The notes under the pieces were generated by a model, which worked only from the letters and a program-made list of their open reading frames with translations, had not been told where the DNA came from and did no database searches. A program made the translations under genes and the position numbers. This document shows, piece by piece, positions 47,791 through 60,575 of a DNA stretch of 64,000 bases (position 1 is its first letter; each line of letters starts with the position of its first letter). Source of the DNA: Prorocentrum cordatum (taxonomy: Eukaryota); contig CAUYUJ010000025.1 in the NCBI GenBank assembly GCA_963575745.1, positions 1 to 64,000 on the forward strand, read 5' to 3'.

Positions 47791-47828
<38 letters not shown>

Positions 47829-48390
47829 GTGATGGTGATGGTGATGATGATGATGATGCTGGTGCTAATGCTGATGATGATGATGATGACGACGACGGGG
47901 ATGAGGATGATAATGAGTACCAAATTCCAAGAGGATGATGAGGGTAAGGACGATGAGGTAAGGAGAATGTGAGGATAAATATTACGAGGAGGATGGCAAT
48001 GGACATCAGGAGGACGTTGGTGAGAGGACAGGAACTATGGAGCATTAGGAGGACGAGATCAAGGAGGGCCAACACGATGAGGGTGAGGACGTTGAGGGTG
48101 GAGTGTGATGACGCGTGAGGGCAATGAGGAGGGTGAGGATGAGCATGCGGATGTGGATGAACATACATGACGATTAGGACGAGGAGGACGACGGCGAGGA
48201 TGATGAGGAGGACGAGGAAGATGCAGATCGTGATGACGGTGAGGTTGATTCGAAGACTAGAAAGGGACAGGAAGAGGTTGAGGATGAGGGTGACGACGAC
48301 GAGAATGGAGGATGATGGTGACGACAATGATGATGCGGATGCGAGTGAGGAGGACGAGGGTAAGGAGGACGGAACATTGAGGATGAGATG
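47200..48390. repeat. (GAT)n/(GAG)n degenerate trinucleotide tract
   Basis: Direct reading. Confidence 0.9.
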
Positions 48391-51300
48391 CCCCAACTAG
48401 CCCTCCAACCAGCCCCTGAGAGTCATCCAAGGAGACCCTCATGTGCATCCGAGAGGCGCCTGACCCACAGCCCAGGTCACTAGATAGCGAGCGAGCGAGC
48501 GGGCTGCGTGCCGGCTCCCGGGGGAGCGGTCCCCAAAGGGCAGGCGGCCCAGGGAAAGATGACGGCAAAGGGCTAAAGCCGGCACTGTGCAACGGAAGAG
48601 CCTGACGACCGCAACGATCGCCGCAAGGTCTCACTCGTGTTTGGGGTCGGCGGAATGGCGCAAGCCACTTGAATATGGAGGATGAGGGAGATGAGGATGA
48701 GTATCGTATGAGGAAGTGGGCTCGCGGGGAAGATGCGGTCGAAACATGGCCACTAGAACGGGGAGCACTGCAGCAAACCCTTCTGTTCAGAATCGCGCAC
48801 GCCAGTGGGGAAAGGGATACCGGAACGACGGAATGACACCGCAAGGCCTTCAGCGTTGCAGCAGGAAGTTCTGATCATAATTTTAATCATCGTGGGAGAG
48901 ACGGACTACCGCCAGAGCGAGCTCACAGGTATGGCACAGCAAGCACGGCATCACGGACACGTAATTTTGAAGAAGACGCGGGCCTGCGATCTCGAATTCT
49001 GCGTGGCCTCCTCCGTCTCCGTCCTGCTCCGTGTCACGTGTCCTCCTCCTCCTCCTCCTCCTCCTCCTCCTCCTCCTCCTCCTCCTCTCGGCCACCGCGA
49101 GAGGCCGCGCATCTTCCCAGGTTGCGCAGCGCTGGCGGCAACGTCACGGCGAGAATATCAGACGAGCACAAGCATAGAATCGTCTCGCACATGTTTAAAG
49201 CTCCGGACGAGTACGCGCAATCCTTGCGAGTGCCTCCAAATGAAGCATCAAATGTGGCAACCGACGGCTCATCCCCGCCGCCGCGCTTGCGCGGCACCAC
49301 CGTGTAAGTACGCCTAGCAACTGTCTGGCAGGTTTCTGCGCGCTCGGGTCATGGACCGCGGGAGCGCCGTCCCCGCCGCCCGTGGGCCGCACCGGCTGCT
49401 CATTGCGGAAGTCTTCCGCCTCTGAGTGCTCGCCCTCACCCCCCTCCCGCGGCTGCCCTGTCCTTTCTCCTCTTTCCTCCTACATGCCGGCCACTTCGCT
49501 TTTCAGTGCCCCTGCATCGCTGCCACGCTGGAGCGGATTGCCCCGCCTCGCCGCCGACGGACAAAAGTGTCATGGACAGCTCGATGTTTCCCAAATGCGT
49601 TTAGGGTCTTGGCGAGCGCTCCACAGGAACCCATTCGAATGGTGTGGATGATGAGAGTAATTGATGACGGTGATGATGCTGATGATGATGGCGAGGACGA
49701 TGTTGATGATGATGTTGATGATGATGTTGATGATGATGTTGGTGATGATGATCACGGTTGTGATGAGGGTGAATATTTTGGTGATGTCCAGGTGGTGGAG
49801 CTCACCCTCCAGCCAGCGCGGTCCCTGCAACACTACTTCAAAACAGTTCTCGACGATCCAGGGCTTTGCATAATCCCATATTCCCGACATCTCCACCGTG
49901 GCAACCGTGGTTTGCTTTCCCGTCCATGTGTGCACATCGTTACTGGCGTAAAACAATCCTCTGACCCTGCACAAATCTCCTAACATCCACACTTTCACAT
50001 ACGATGAATGAGTTCACGTCGGGCATATACGCGCGAAGAGTTGGATCTTCCGCGCTCTGGGGCGTCCGCACGAAAGAGCTGCCGCCGAAACCCAGAGCGG
50101 CTCCGAGGGACCGGGCCAGGGTGCTCTCACCAGTCCTCGATGCGCCGCGCAACACGAGAAATTTGTTCCGCGGCTGAATGCGCGTTCAGTCCCCGCGCCC
50201 GCGAGGGCGATGCGTTTGGCAATCCATCGTGGTCCTGTCTGGTGCTGCCTTGAACTCGATGAAGGCATGGAGATGCAGGCGCCCATTTCCTTGGACTTCA
50301 CGGACTTCTCTGCCGTGGCCGTCCACAGCTTGACAAATGTGAGGGAATGCGCCCAGGACATGAATTCATCCTACAGCTGGTCGAAGGGCATCTGTCCGAA
50401 AGCGCGGTTGTTATACGTCAAGAGGCACGACGAGGACCTCAAGCGGAAAGCCCGGTTGGCCCCGTCGTCGTCATCGTCGCCGTCGACCGGGTCTGCGGTC
50501 GTGGTCCCGGGATTCGCGTTACAGGCTGTGGTCTCGGCCTCGGCCGCGGCTGCCCCGGCGGGCCACAAGGGCGGCAGCCGGCCGCAGGGGCGGCAGCCGC
50601 GTTACCGCAGACCCAGGCGCCTCCTCTCCTTGATACATCGCGACGGCAGCATCCAGTCTCTGCCGCTGATCAGGTGTTATCGCACTCTCCGCGACGCTCA
50701 CGTGCAGGGCGTCCAAGTCCGTCGCGGGCAGATCCGCCACTCTCCACCCGCCTTCGCCGACCCCAGGTCCGAGTCCGACCTCGTCCGCAAAGCTCCGAAG
50801 ATTCCCGGCGGCATCGCGTTGGCGTTGGCGTTGCTTCGCAGTCGCCGGACCCGACGCCATGGCATTCCCTCAAGTCGCGCCTCTTGGGCCAAACAGTCTA
50901 CGGATGCAATGATGATGAAGTCGTGACGCATGCCCCCCTGACGTCCCCGATACGTGCGTACGACCTCTTACACTTCACGACCAACGATATCCACCTGACT
51001 GTAGTGTGACTGAATCCTGGCGTGAGTGAGTGTGATTATGAGTGCTCCGAGTGTGATGAGAGGGAGAAGGAGGCGGGCGTGAGTGAGGAGGTGGAGGCGT
51101 CCCAGTAATACTGACAACCCTGTGTTTCGGACGTAGTAAGCTATTCAGTTGCCCCGCTGCACGAGGAATAGGACGAGGGGGAGGGAGGGCGGAATGAAGC
51201 GATGAGGGAGAAGGAGGAGGAACATGAGGAGGAGGAGGAGGAGGAGGAGGAGGAGGAGGAGGAGGGGCAGGATGATGAGAAGGAGGGAGTACCTCATCTT

Positions 51301-51889
51301 CCCCCATTCATCCTCATCCCAGTCCTTCCCTCCTCCTACCCCCCCATGCACCTCCCTTCTCATGGCTCCATGCGGGCCGCAGAGGAGGAGAAGACGGAGT
51401 TGGGAACATGGAAAAGGAGGAGGACCAGGAGGAAAGGAGGAGAAGGAGGAGCAGGAGGAGGGAGGGGGAGGTGTACGACGACGACGATGACCCACGATGC
51501 CGCCATCGACGCCCCACGATGCCGCCATCGACGCCCGACTGACGGCCCGCGATAGCGACGACGCCTCGCGCAGGTCCACGACCACGACGTGGCCACCCCG
51601 AGGGGCAGGGCCGTGGCGCTCGACCGGCCCTTCGAGGCGGCGGCGGCCAATGCGAGGGGGGAGGCGGGAGGAGGGCGATGGAAAATAGGGGAAGAGGAAG
51701 GAGGGCGGAGGAGGGGGAGGAGGAGGGAGAGGGAGCATGAGGCGCAGGAGGAGGAGGAGGAGGTGGAGGGGGATGCGGAGAGGAGGACAGGGAGGATGAG
51801 GATGGATGTTGCATATTCCCCGGAGAGTGCTTGCCCACAGGGGTTCCTATTTCTCCTCAGGAACTGAGTCAGATTGTCGATGTGGCGGA

Positions 51890-52135
51890 TATTTTGTCGC
51901 CGTTGCCGCCTCGTCGCCGCCCGTCGTCTGGGCTTGTTTGTCGGTCAGGAAGCTATGTTGTCGCCGTCGCCCCCCCGTCGCCGCCTCGTCGCCGCCCGTC
52001 GTCTGGGGGTGAATGTCGGTCTGGTGCCCATGTTGTCGCCGTCGCCGCTCCGCCGCTGTTCCGTTGCCGCCCGTCGTCTGGGGCTGAATGTCGATCTGGC
52101 AGCCATATTGTCGCCGTCGCCGCCCCGTCGTCACC
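51890..52135 (+). repeat. ~65-75 bp degenerate tandem repeat (TGTCGCCGTCGCC...GCCGCCCGTCGTCTGGG)
   Basis: Three to four units. Confidence 0.75.
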
Positions 52136-52995
52136 GAAATTGCAGAAGCACACTGCGCCACATAGATTTTGGATTCTCTCTTTCACGTTCAATTCTATTG
52201 CTTCTCCCACCAGGGTCAATCAGTACCCCCTGGGATACTACAGCTTCTTATTGACATACGATTCTGCCCCTGCCCCAGCGCTCAAGTTGAACACGAGTCC
52301 GTACCATCCCAGCCAGACCCCTTTTTTATCGATTCCCCTTCATCTTCGCCAGCGAATGCCATGCGCACAGTCGTCTTTCAAACTCATTGTCAACATTCCC
52401 TTGCGAAAAGATATGGCGAAGTAGACACGCGCGCGCTGTCGCGCGCGAGTGCCGGAATTCTTCGAACACCATTGGTTCCGTACGGATTTCAAGGTTCACG
52501 ACAACGTGCAAAACACATAGTTCTGCAAAATTATCTTGCAAAACGGTCCTTTCACGATGCACCCAAACCTTACGCAACGCGTAGCCTAAATAGTTGGGTA
52601 GACTTGGTAGGGGGTGATTGTGTTGCAAAGAGGTATACGTTCTGCTAGCGTTACTTGTGGGCTCGCGAGCTGCACGATTCCCAAGACACTGATCGATGGA
52701 CAAGGGCCCGATGGAGGTGATGAGTTAGTTTCCTGGGTCGAAGGGACAGAAAGGCAAGTACCAATGGGGAGGCGGATAGGGAAGCTTCATTTGTTCGGTG
52801 GGAGGGGGCAGCAACCGTTGAAAGTGGCGGCAGTCTCGCGGATCGCAGCCCTCCACGGGCGGCGAGGTCTCATCCGAATCTGGGCAGGGCTCCCCCCCAA
52901 ACTGTGCCGGGCCCCCCCCGCCCAGGCTCGCCGCCGGGAGGGGATGAAAGGGGTGCGGGATCGGGGCGGTGGAAGAGGGACGGGTAGGGGGCCAT

Positions 52996-53127
52996 ATGCG
53001 AACCCTACCCCTACCCCCCACGATTTCTGAGGGGCAGGGTGGGGTTCACTTCGCTCGGGAGCTCCAGAACGAAGTGAGCCCCACCCTCCCCCTCAGAAAT
53101 CGTGGGGGGTAGGGGTAGGGTTCGCAT
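52996..53127. mobile_element. ~130 bp palindromic MITE-like element, copy 1
   Basis: ATGCGAACCCTACCCCTACCCCCCACGATTTCTGAGGGG ... CCCCTCAGAAATCGTGGGGGGTAGGGGTAGGGTTCGCAT; second copy at 58672-58801. Confidence 0.8.
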
Positions 53128-54564
53128 CTGGCTGCCTAACGGGGGGGGACCGTGGATTGTGGCTTACAGACGTTCTCGTGTCTTTTTGGGCCTCTGGGGT
53201 CTCAAGAGCTCTGGCGACTCGAGAGTGTGCGCCGGATGATGTTCGCAACGTTCGGCGTCTGGAGGCTGTTTCTTGGCCATGGGGCCATGACTTGACCCGA
53301 GATGAGACAGTCGAGAGTTCCAGAGGCTGGCGAATAGCACACATTTTGTCGTGAGAGGTCTGGGAGGAGGGGCTGCGGGGACGGAGTGGCGAGGTGACGA
53401 AGAGCACAATCTGGCCGAAGTCTGTGCGACATTTTTGGGATCATTATCTTGCCAAGGAGCTGGCGGGAGGCATTCGGTAGCAAATCATGGGAGCTTCGCG
53501 TAACTTCGCACTTCCGTTCTTAGAATGCACTGGCGTCGATTAGCGTGTGGATGAGATAGTGCCGATGTAGCGTCGACTACGCTCGATTAGCGTTGGTTTA
53601 GCGTCGATTTGGGTATATCAGCGTCGATTCGCAAGAGTGAGCGAGGTGGTATGGGAGGCTCCCATGCGTTGCCGCAGACGAGGGGGTGGATGTGAGCGGG
53701 AAGGCGAGGGAGGGAGAGAGGGCAGGGCCGTTTCCATAGATCATGATTTTCAAAGCTGGAGGCGCTTCGTCCGCCGCTCTCTTGACCGACGTGAGTTCCT
53801 CGGTTGGGCACCCGTCTGTGTTACGTCTTCCGGTCCGGGATCGGCCCGTGGCCCACCTCCCCGCATCCGTGTCGTTGCCCACGACGTGTCCGAAACGTCC
53901 TCAGATGCCAGACGATGCAACGCCAGGAGGAGGAGGAGGACCAGGAGGAGGAGGAGGACGAGGAGGACGAGGAGGACGAGGAGGAGGAGGAGGAGAACGA
54001 GGAGGAGGACGAGGAGGACGAGGAGAGAGGATGATGGAGGGATCGACGAGGGATGTCGGGCCCTCCGCATCCGCGTGGGCTTCTGGTAGCGCCCCGCTCG
54101 CCCTACCTTTTTCCGGTCCTGCCTTGGGCCGTGGCGTGCTCTTCCAGATGCTCCCGGCACGTTGCGCACTCGCCCATACAGTCGGACCGAGGTACACGGC
54201 CGAGGTCGGTTCGGGGAGGGTACACGAATTCGAAGAAGAAAACACGGCATAAACACACATATTTGGCGTTCTGCGCGGATTTCTTGGATCCGCGCTGGGG
54301 CCCCCCTGGCGGCGCCTCTCGCGCCGCCCCTGGCGCGCTCCGCGCGCCAGGGAGGGGGGTCCAGTTCAAATCCAAGAAATTCGCGCGGACCGTCAAAAGT
54401 GTATGTGTATGCCATTCTTTGTTACTCCGCTGATGTTCTTCCTGTTTGTTGGACGTTCTTGTGTATCCTGGGGAGGGCACCCTCGAATATTCTTCAGTTT
54501 GGGCCGGCGGAGGGTCTCAAATTCTCCAGGGATGTTCTTTGGCCCCAGTCCGACTGTATCTAAT

Positions 54565-54732
54565 TACCTATACGACCACCCTGCGGGTAATAAGGAGGTT
54601 GGGGGGGAGAGGGGGCCAACAATGGGCAACAGTGGTGATTGTTGTTCTGACGATGCCTGCGGGGCGGAGTCCAGCGAGGAGTGTAATTGTGATTGAGCAA
54701 CATCACCGTCATCATCATCAACATCACCCTCC

Positions 54733-54768
<36 letters not shown>

Positions 54769-54790
54769 CCATCATCTCCACCATCATCAC

Positions 54791-54857
<67 letters not shown>

Positions 54858-55150
54858 GGGACACCGGCGGGACACCGCGGGCCACCGGACGCCCGGGGCA
54901 CAATCATTTGGTCCGGCCGCGCCTCAGCCACAGGAGACTTTCCTGACACCGGCGGGACACCGCGGGCCACCGGACGCCCGGGGCACAATCATTTGGTCCG
55001 GCCGCGCCTCAGCCACAGGAGACTTTCCTCTCGCCCGCCCACGCAGCTTCGCCTCGCCCGCACGCACGGCACGCACGAACACGAAACCGAAATCGATTTC
55101 CCGGTAGGGGGGCTCTCCGTTCCACTTCGATCTCTCCCCCTGACCTCCGA
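54565..55150 (-). mobile_element. Non-autonomous dispersed element, copy B, with internal (CAT)n
   Basis: Reverse complement of the ends of 19931-22188, including the duplicated GAGGCGCGGCCGGACCAAATGATT unit. Confidence 0.7.
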
Positions 55151-56021
55151 TCGGAGGTTATGGACGAGGTCGAGACTATGGATGGAGTTACGTTTCTGAA
55201 GCTGGCCCACAAGGACAGGCGACGCGAATAATGCTTGACCCGGGCTTGATCAGTTCAGGTGTTTGTTCACGTTCTAGTTTTGATGTTCTGGACGTGCAGA
55301 TCGTCAGCAGTCAGTTTTCCCTTGACGACATGGCGCGTCGGCATTGGTGGCCTTCCGGTCAGCGTTGTCCAGCGACTTGCGCTCGCTGCTCGCTTAGGGG
55401 TTTACTCGACTTCATCTGGCGGAGTGTCGTATCGGTTGAAGTTCGATATCGAAGATACGGTGGGAAGAGAGGCGCCTTGCATTAGACTACAGTTCAGCCT
55501 ACTGCGGTTACTCTTGGTGAGCGCATCAGTCAAAAGTAGATCTGAGTCGCCGCTTGATACACAAAGATCATAGAACACACTTCGTGCGAACATGAGGTGT
55601 TGGTAGATGTGGAAATCACATGTTGAATGTAATCTCGAAGCCATTTTGGTTGTAAAATGATTTGCACGTCGCTTGGCATTTTGACTTGTGGAATTGCATC
55701 TCGATTGCTGTTCGATTTCATTTCGAGTTTCATTCCGATAGTAACTGCTTTGTGCGTTTTGACGTTCAATGTGCATTTCGATCTGCATGCCGATCTGCAT
55801 TCCGGTGTGCATTTCGAAGTAATTCCGCAGTGCATTCTTAGATCGAGTTCGATGTACATCTTGATTCGCAGCGTTATTGATATGATTTTGAGTTACAGTT
55901 CGATGTGCATTTTGATGTGCAGTTCCGCTTGCATATCGTTTGCAATGGGATCCGTTCCCCAAATAATGCTGGCACTTGGACTATCTTTATTCTATATGTA
56001 TGTATGTATCTCTCTCTAAAC

Positions 56022-56082
<61 letters not shown>
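56022..56082. repeat. (TA)n microsatellite
   Basis: Direct reading. Confidence 0.95.
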
Positions 56083-56085
<3 letters not shown>

Positions 56086-57469
56086 GGCGTGGCGAGGTGC
56101 CGCCTGCCACACGCCCGTGGGCGCCTCGTGCGCTGGGTGGGTGTGGCGAGGTTCCGCCGCCTGGTGCCTGCCCGTGGGCGCCCCGTGCGCTGGGTGGGTG
56201 TATGGCGAGGTCTCGCCCGGTGCCCGCCCGTGGAGGCCCGTGGGCGCCTCGTGGGCGCCTCGTGCGACCGCACAGTTTTTTTTTTGATCCGCGGGTCGAG
56301 AGCGAGCCTCTTCCGGTCGGAGCCGAGCGGGCCGCGCACAGCTTTAGTTAAGAGAGGAAGGGAAACAGAAGGAGGGGCCTCACGTCAAGGCCACGAGAGG
56401 GCAAAGCCCCGGGATCAGGCGGTGCCGAGAGCGAAGTGCATGCAAAGCAGCCGCGCAGCCTGTCTTGCAGCGCCAGTGACAGTGACCAGACTCCTTGGCG
56501 GGGCGCGTGGCCGTCGACCTCCACCGAAGTCGCATCGCGCCCGCAGCCCTGACCGTGGCCCTGCAGCAGCAGAAGTGGCGCCCCGCCCTGCAGCGTGTGC
56601 CACGTTTGTGCCACGAGGCTACCATCCAACGGAGCTGCGCTCTCGCCGAGGCGCTGCCCGCTACTCGCTTCCACATGTGTATTCTGCCTCCCAGGCAGTG
56701 GTTCTTGAGTGCCGCGATTGGTTGTGTGTACGAAATCGGGTGGCGGAACATATTTTGAGGACCCAGGATTTCCCCGGCACCCGACTGCGCGAATAGCAAA
56801 GGTGGCCTCAACGCAGTGGAACGTGACGGGCGGGATGGTAGTGCAGCCTGGCCCACCCTTCCTCGGCTTTCCCCCCTCCTGCTCCACCCCTCCTCGTGTG
56901 TGTGAGCCGAATGAGAAGGAGCCGTTGTGTGGGGGAGGAGGCAATGGCGCGCGCGCGCCCCGTCTGTGATGATCCGTGCCTGTGGGCCGCATGTGAAGGA
57001 GTCGCTCTGTGGGGGAGGAGGCATGCGCGCGCGCGCCCCGGCTGGCCCCGGGCGAGGGCGGGAGCTCCGAGCTGCCCTCCGGCCGGTGCCCGCGGCCTCA
57101 GGGGGGGGCCCCGGGGAGCCGCGAGGACCTCTTCGCCAAGAAGGCGGAGTGCCAGCAGGCCGGCCCTCGCCGTGCTCAGAGAGCCGGCGCCTCGAGCGGG
57201 AGCGGGGCGGCCAGCGTGCCGTCGTTTCGGTCGGGGGCGGCAAAGGGGGGGGGTGGTGACTAGAGGGGGGGTGGGTACATCATGGCGTGGGCCATGATGT
57301 GTCCCCAGATCTCATGGTGCCTCTTCTTGTTTTGTTACGTCCCTGGCCACCCCCCCCCTGGGCCGCGCACATGCCGCCGGCCATGATTTGCAACCCCCCC
57401 TTGGACGCCCCCCTCTTGGCCGCTCTTCATGTTGTAGGGGTCAAGCGCAGTGGCGAAGCGTCATGGCTT

Positions 57470-57860
57470 GCCTATAGGCCTACCAAACAATGTCCTAAGA
57501 GCCCTTGTGTGGTTTCCACGGAATGCTCTCAGAACATTTCTGGCCGGGGCTGTCGTGTTTTTAACACATCGGGCTTATGTTATGAGAGCAGTGTTTTTGT
57601 TATTGGAACATTGTTGTGTTCTAAGAACATTTCGCGGTAGGCCTATAGGAGTGCCGGGACGGTCGGTCCCTGCTCAAAGGGGGGTTTCCCGGGGGCGTGC
57701 AGTGGAGACCCATGTCAAGAAGCACCTTGCTTGCCTCCAGGGTTTCGATGGTCTTGCCATGGAGAGCGTGGCGCTCCCCACCAAAAAGCAAGGGACGCCC
57801 GGGGCGTTCCAGGTTCGAGCTTCTCGCGGAAGGTTTCTTGTGGTCGGGCTCCAGCTGCAT
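57470..57860 (+). repeat. Dispersed repeat; left part matches ~17520-17640, right part matches ~61140-61310
   Basis: Shared TTCTAAGA..TTTCG..GTAGGCCTA.AGGA and CAGTGGA.ACCCATG.CAAGAA...GAGAGCGTG.CGCTCCC. Confidence 0.65.
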
Positions 57861-58671
57861 GGTTTGATTATTGTCTTCCATCGTTTGTCAGACTCGGAGG
57901 TGCGTGCCAAGTCTGTGTGGACTTTTCAGCGTTCGCTGCAACGTCTGGCCAAGGGTACCGTCGTGGCTGGCAGTCATGAGCGGTGTTAGATTTCCAGGCT
58001 GAGTGCCGCCGAGGGAACTCGTGAGTCGTGCGCGCGTCGATTCATTGATGGCTCCGCTGCCGTCCAAGATGGGTAGGCGGCGCGCACGAGGGGCAGCGCG
58101 GGGGGGCAGTGGCCTTCGGAGACGGCGGGAGAGGGCTTCTTAGAAGGCGTGGGCGTTCTGTTCCCATAGGGGGGGGAATGGCTCCTGAAGGAAACGGGCC
58201 CTGAGGTTTTTCACCGTTTCCGGGTTCTCAGGGCCATCCACGTTCCAGGGGACCGTCAGAAAACGATTCAGGATCAACAAGTGGTCTTGGGGGAAGGCCA
58301 CGGGGCCCAGAACCCGTTTCCCTCAGCACCCGTTTTCCCCATGCTAATCTTTGGAAGGGTCCAGAATCTTCTGAGAAGGCTTCTCGGAATCGCGCTCAGA
58401 AGCCTTCTCTTCCCAGAAGCGGGGGGGTGCTGTTTCAGAAGCCCCCCGCCTTCGCAGAAGCCCCCCCGCCTTCTCACAGGGCCAGCCTGTTCGCGCCACC
58501 TCCGCCTGCGCGCCGCCAAAGACAGATCTGAGACGAGAAGCCTGGCCCCAGGGAAGGCTCGAGAAGTCCGGGGGCCCGTGCACGGAACCAGCAGGTGAAG
58601 GGCTGGACATCAAGGGGGGGAGGGCCCAACCCCGAGCAGAGTTTCGAGGACGAGAGGGAGTAGGGGGCCAC

Positions 58672-58801
58672 ATGCGAACCCTACCCCTACCCCCCACGAT
58701 TTCTGAGGGGGAGGTGGTGCTCACTTCGTTCGGGAGCTCCCGAGCGAAGTGGACCCCACCCTCCCCCTCAGAAATCGTGGGGGGCAGAGGTAGGGCTCGC
58801 A
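58672..58801. mobile_element. ~130 bp palindromic MITE-like element, copy 2
   Basis: Homologous to 52996-53127; both are preceded by GTAGGGGGCCA. Confidence 0.8.
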
Positions 58802-59939
58802 GGGCTCGCAACAAGATGCTGACGCCCCCGCCGTCCTTGTCAACAAAAACAGAGCGAAGTGCTCGCGGGCCTCGCGAACATGACTCAAGATTTTTGGCCC
58901 CAACATGCACTCTGCACTGATTTGTGAGGCCGCATCGGGTTGGCCGCCCATGCTCCACATGTAGATGTGGAGGCAGAGTGTCCCGAAGGAGGTCCGAGGT
59001 TCGCGGTCTGAGCTTCTTGCTGCGGCTGTCCCTGGGAGGCTCCTCGTCGCCGCGGGCGGAGGGTCTCTTCGCGGCGCTGGCCACGGCGCGCCCTGGAGCA
59101 GTCGGGACCGTGGACTCGAGAGGAGGGCGGGTACAGTCAACAACGATAGGAACGATTGGCAGCCTTCCCCAGGGTACCTTTGCATCCTTGCCTCCTCAGA
59201 CCATCCGTCGCCGCTTTCGCTGGCCGCGCCCCGCTCGAAGAGCTTCGAAATGGGCGTCCAAGGCCCTTGCATCCTTATCGCGCGTCCCTGCTATACTGGT
59301 TGACTATAGTAGAAGGAGGATCCAGGTCCCCCACATGGAAACCACACCAGCGCCACCCCAACATACTAGTGCTAAGTGTGCGTCGCCCCCCCCCCCCCCC
59401 TCCCCTGGGGCGACGCGCGCACCGAGAAGCCTTACAGTATATGCGTCGTGGCGGGCGTTTTCTGGGCACACCGCGCGGGAAACGGTAGACTACAAGATGG
59501 GTGTACTATAAGTCCGGGTGGGACGCACGCCTCTCAGGAGGACGCATAGCACTAGTACGCCCTTGTGCGCCCCACCAGCACGAAGTCGGGACGACTCGAT
59601 CGCCGTCTTCGGCCTCCCGAGGGGGTTCTCCGAGCCCTGGGACTGTCCGAGCCGACCTCGAGCGATGCACCTGCCCACGGGAGGGCCCGCACTGCGGCGC
59701 CGAGGACGTCGGGAGCTTGTTCGGGGGCATCCCTCCCCCGCGGGGCCCCCGCGGTGGCCTCCACGGGCGTCCGGGGGCCTCCCCGGGAGGCCTCTCGGAC
59801 GCAGGCGGCCCGGCTCGGCCACGCAGCAGAGCCAGACGTGGACAATTGCGACGAGCGGCTCCTTCTCTTTTAATCCAAAATAGAACAAACTTATCACAGT
59901 GCGACCCTGCCTAGGAGTTGGAGCATCTAGGAAAGCAGC

Positions 59940-60575
59940 AACTACATCTACACCGACAGCTACATTCACATCTGCACCTGCATCTACATCTACATCAACA
60001 TCAAGAGCGAGACTCACATCTACATCTACATCCACACCTACATCTACACCTACATCTACATCTACACCTACATGTACATCTACATCTACAATGTCGCAAT
60101 GACTTTTCTTTTGCGTTGCATGCTATGCTATGCTATGATATGTTTGGCTATGCTATGCTATGCTGTGCTAATGCTGCGCTGCGCTATGCTGAGCTGCGCT
60201 AAACTAAGCTAAGGCAAGCTAAGCGATGCTTCGCTATGCTGTGTTGCGCTGTGCTGTGCTGTGCTATGCTATGCTATGTGATGCTGCGCTGTGCTATGCT
60301 AAGCAATGTTATGCTATGTTATGCGATGCGATGCTGCGCTATGATATGCTGTGCTATGATATACTGAGCTATGCTATGATATGATCGGCTATGCTATACT
60401 ATGCTACGCTGTGCTAATGCTGCGCTGCGCTATGCTGCGCTAAGCTAAGCTAAGGTAAGCTTGGCTATGCGAAGCTAGGCTAGACTAAGCTAAGCTAAGC
60501 GAAGCCAAGCCAAGCTAAGCTAAACTAAGCCTAGCTAAGCTACGCTAAGCTAAGCTAAGCTAAGCTAAGCTAAGC
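59940..60575. repeat. (ACATCT)n followed by (ATGCT)n and (CTAAG)n
   Basis: Direct reading. Confidence 0.92.

Noticed and set aside
50210..50926. Possible coding fragment (also ~4500-4790, 18200-18420 minus strand, 56400-57210)
   Set aside because: Short protein-like stretches without recognisable motifs or supportable splice structure.
55639..55649. AGCCATTTTGG match to the spliced leader
   Set aside because: Only 11 nt, lacks the CTCAAG end, lies in a degenerate repeat, and no ORF follows.
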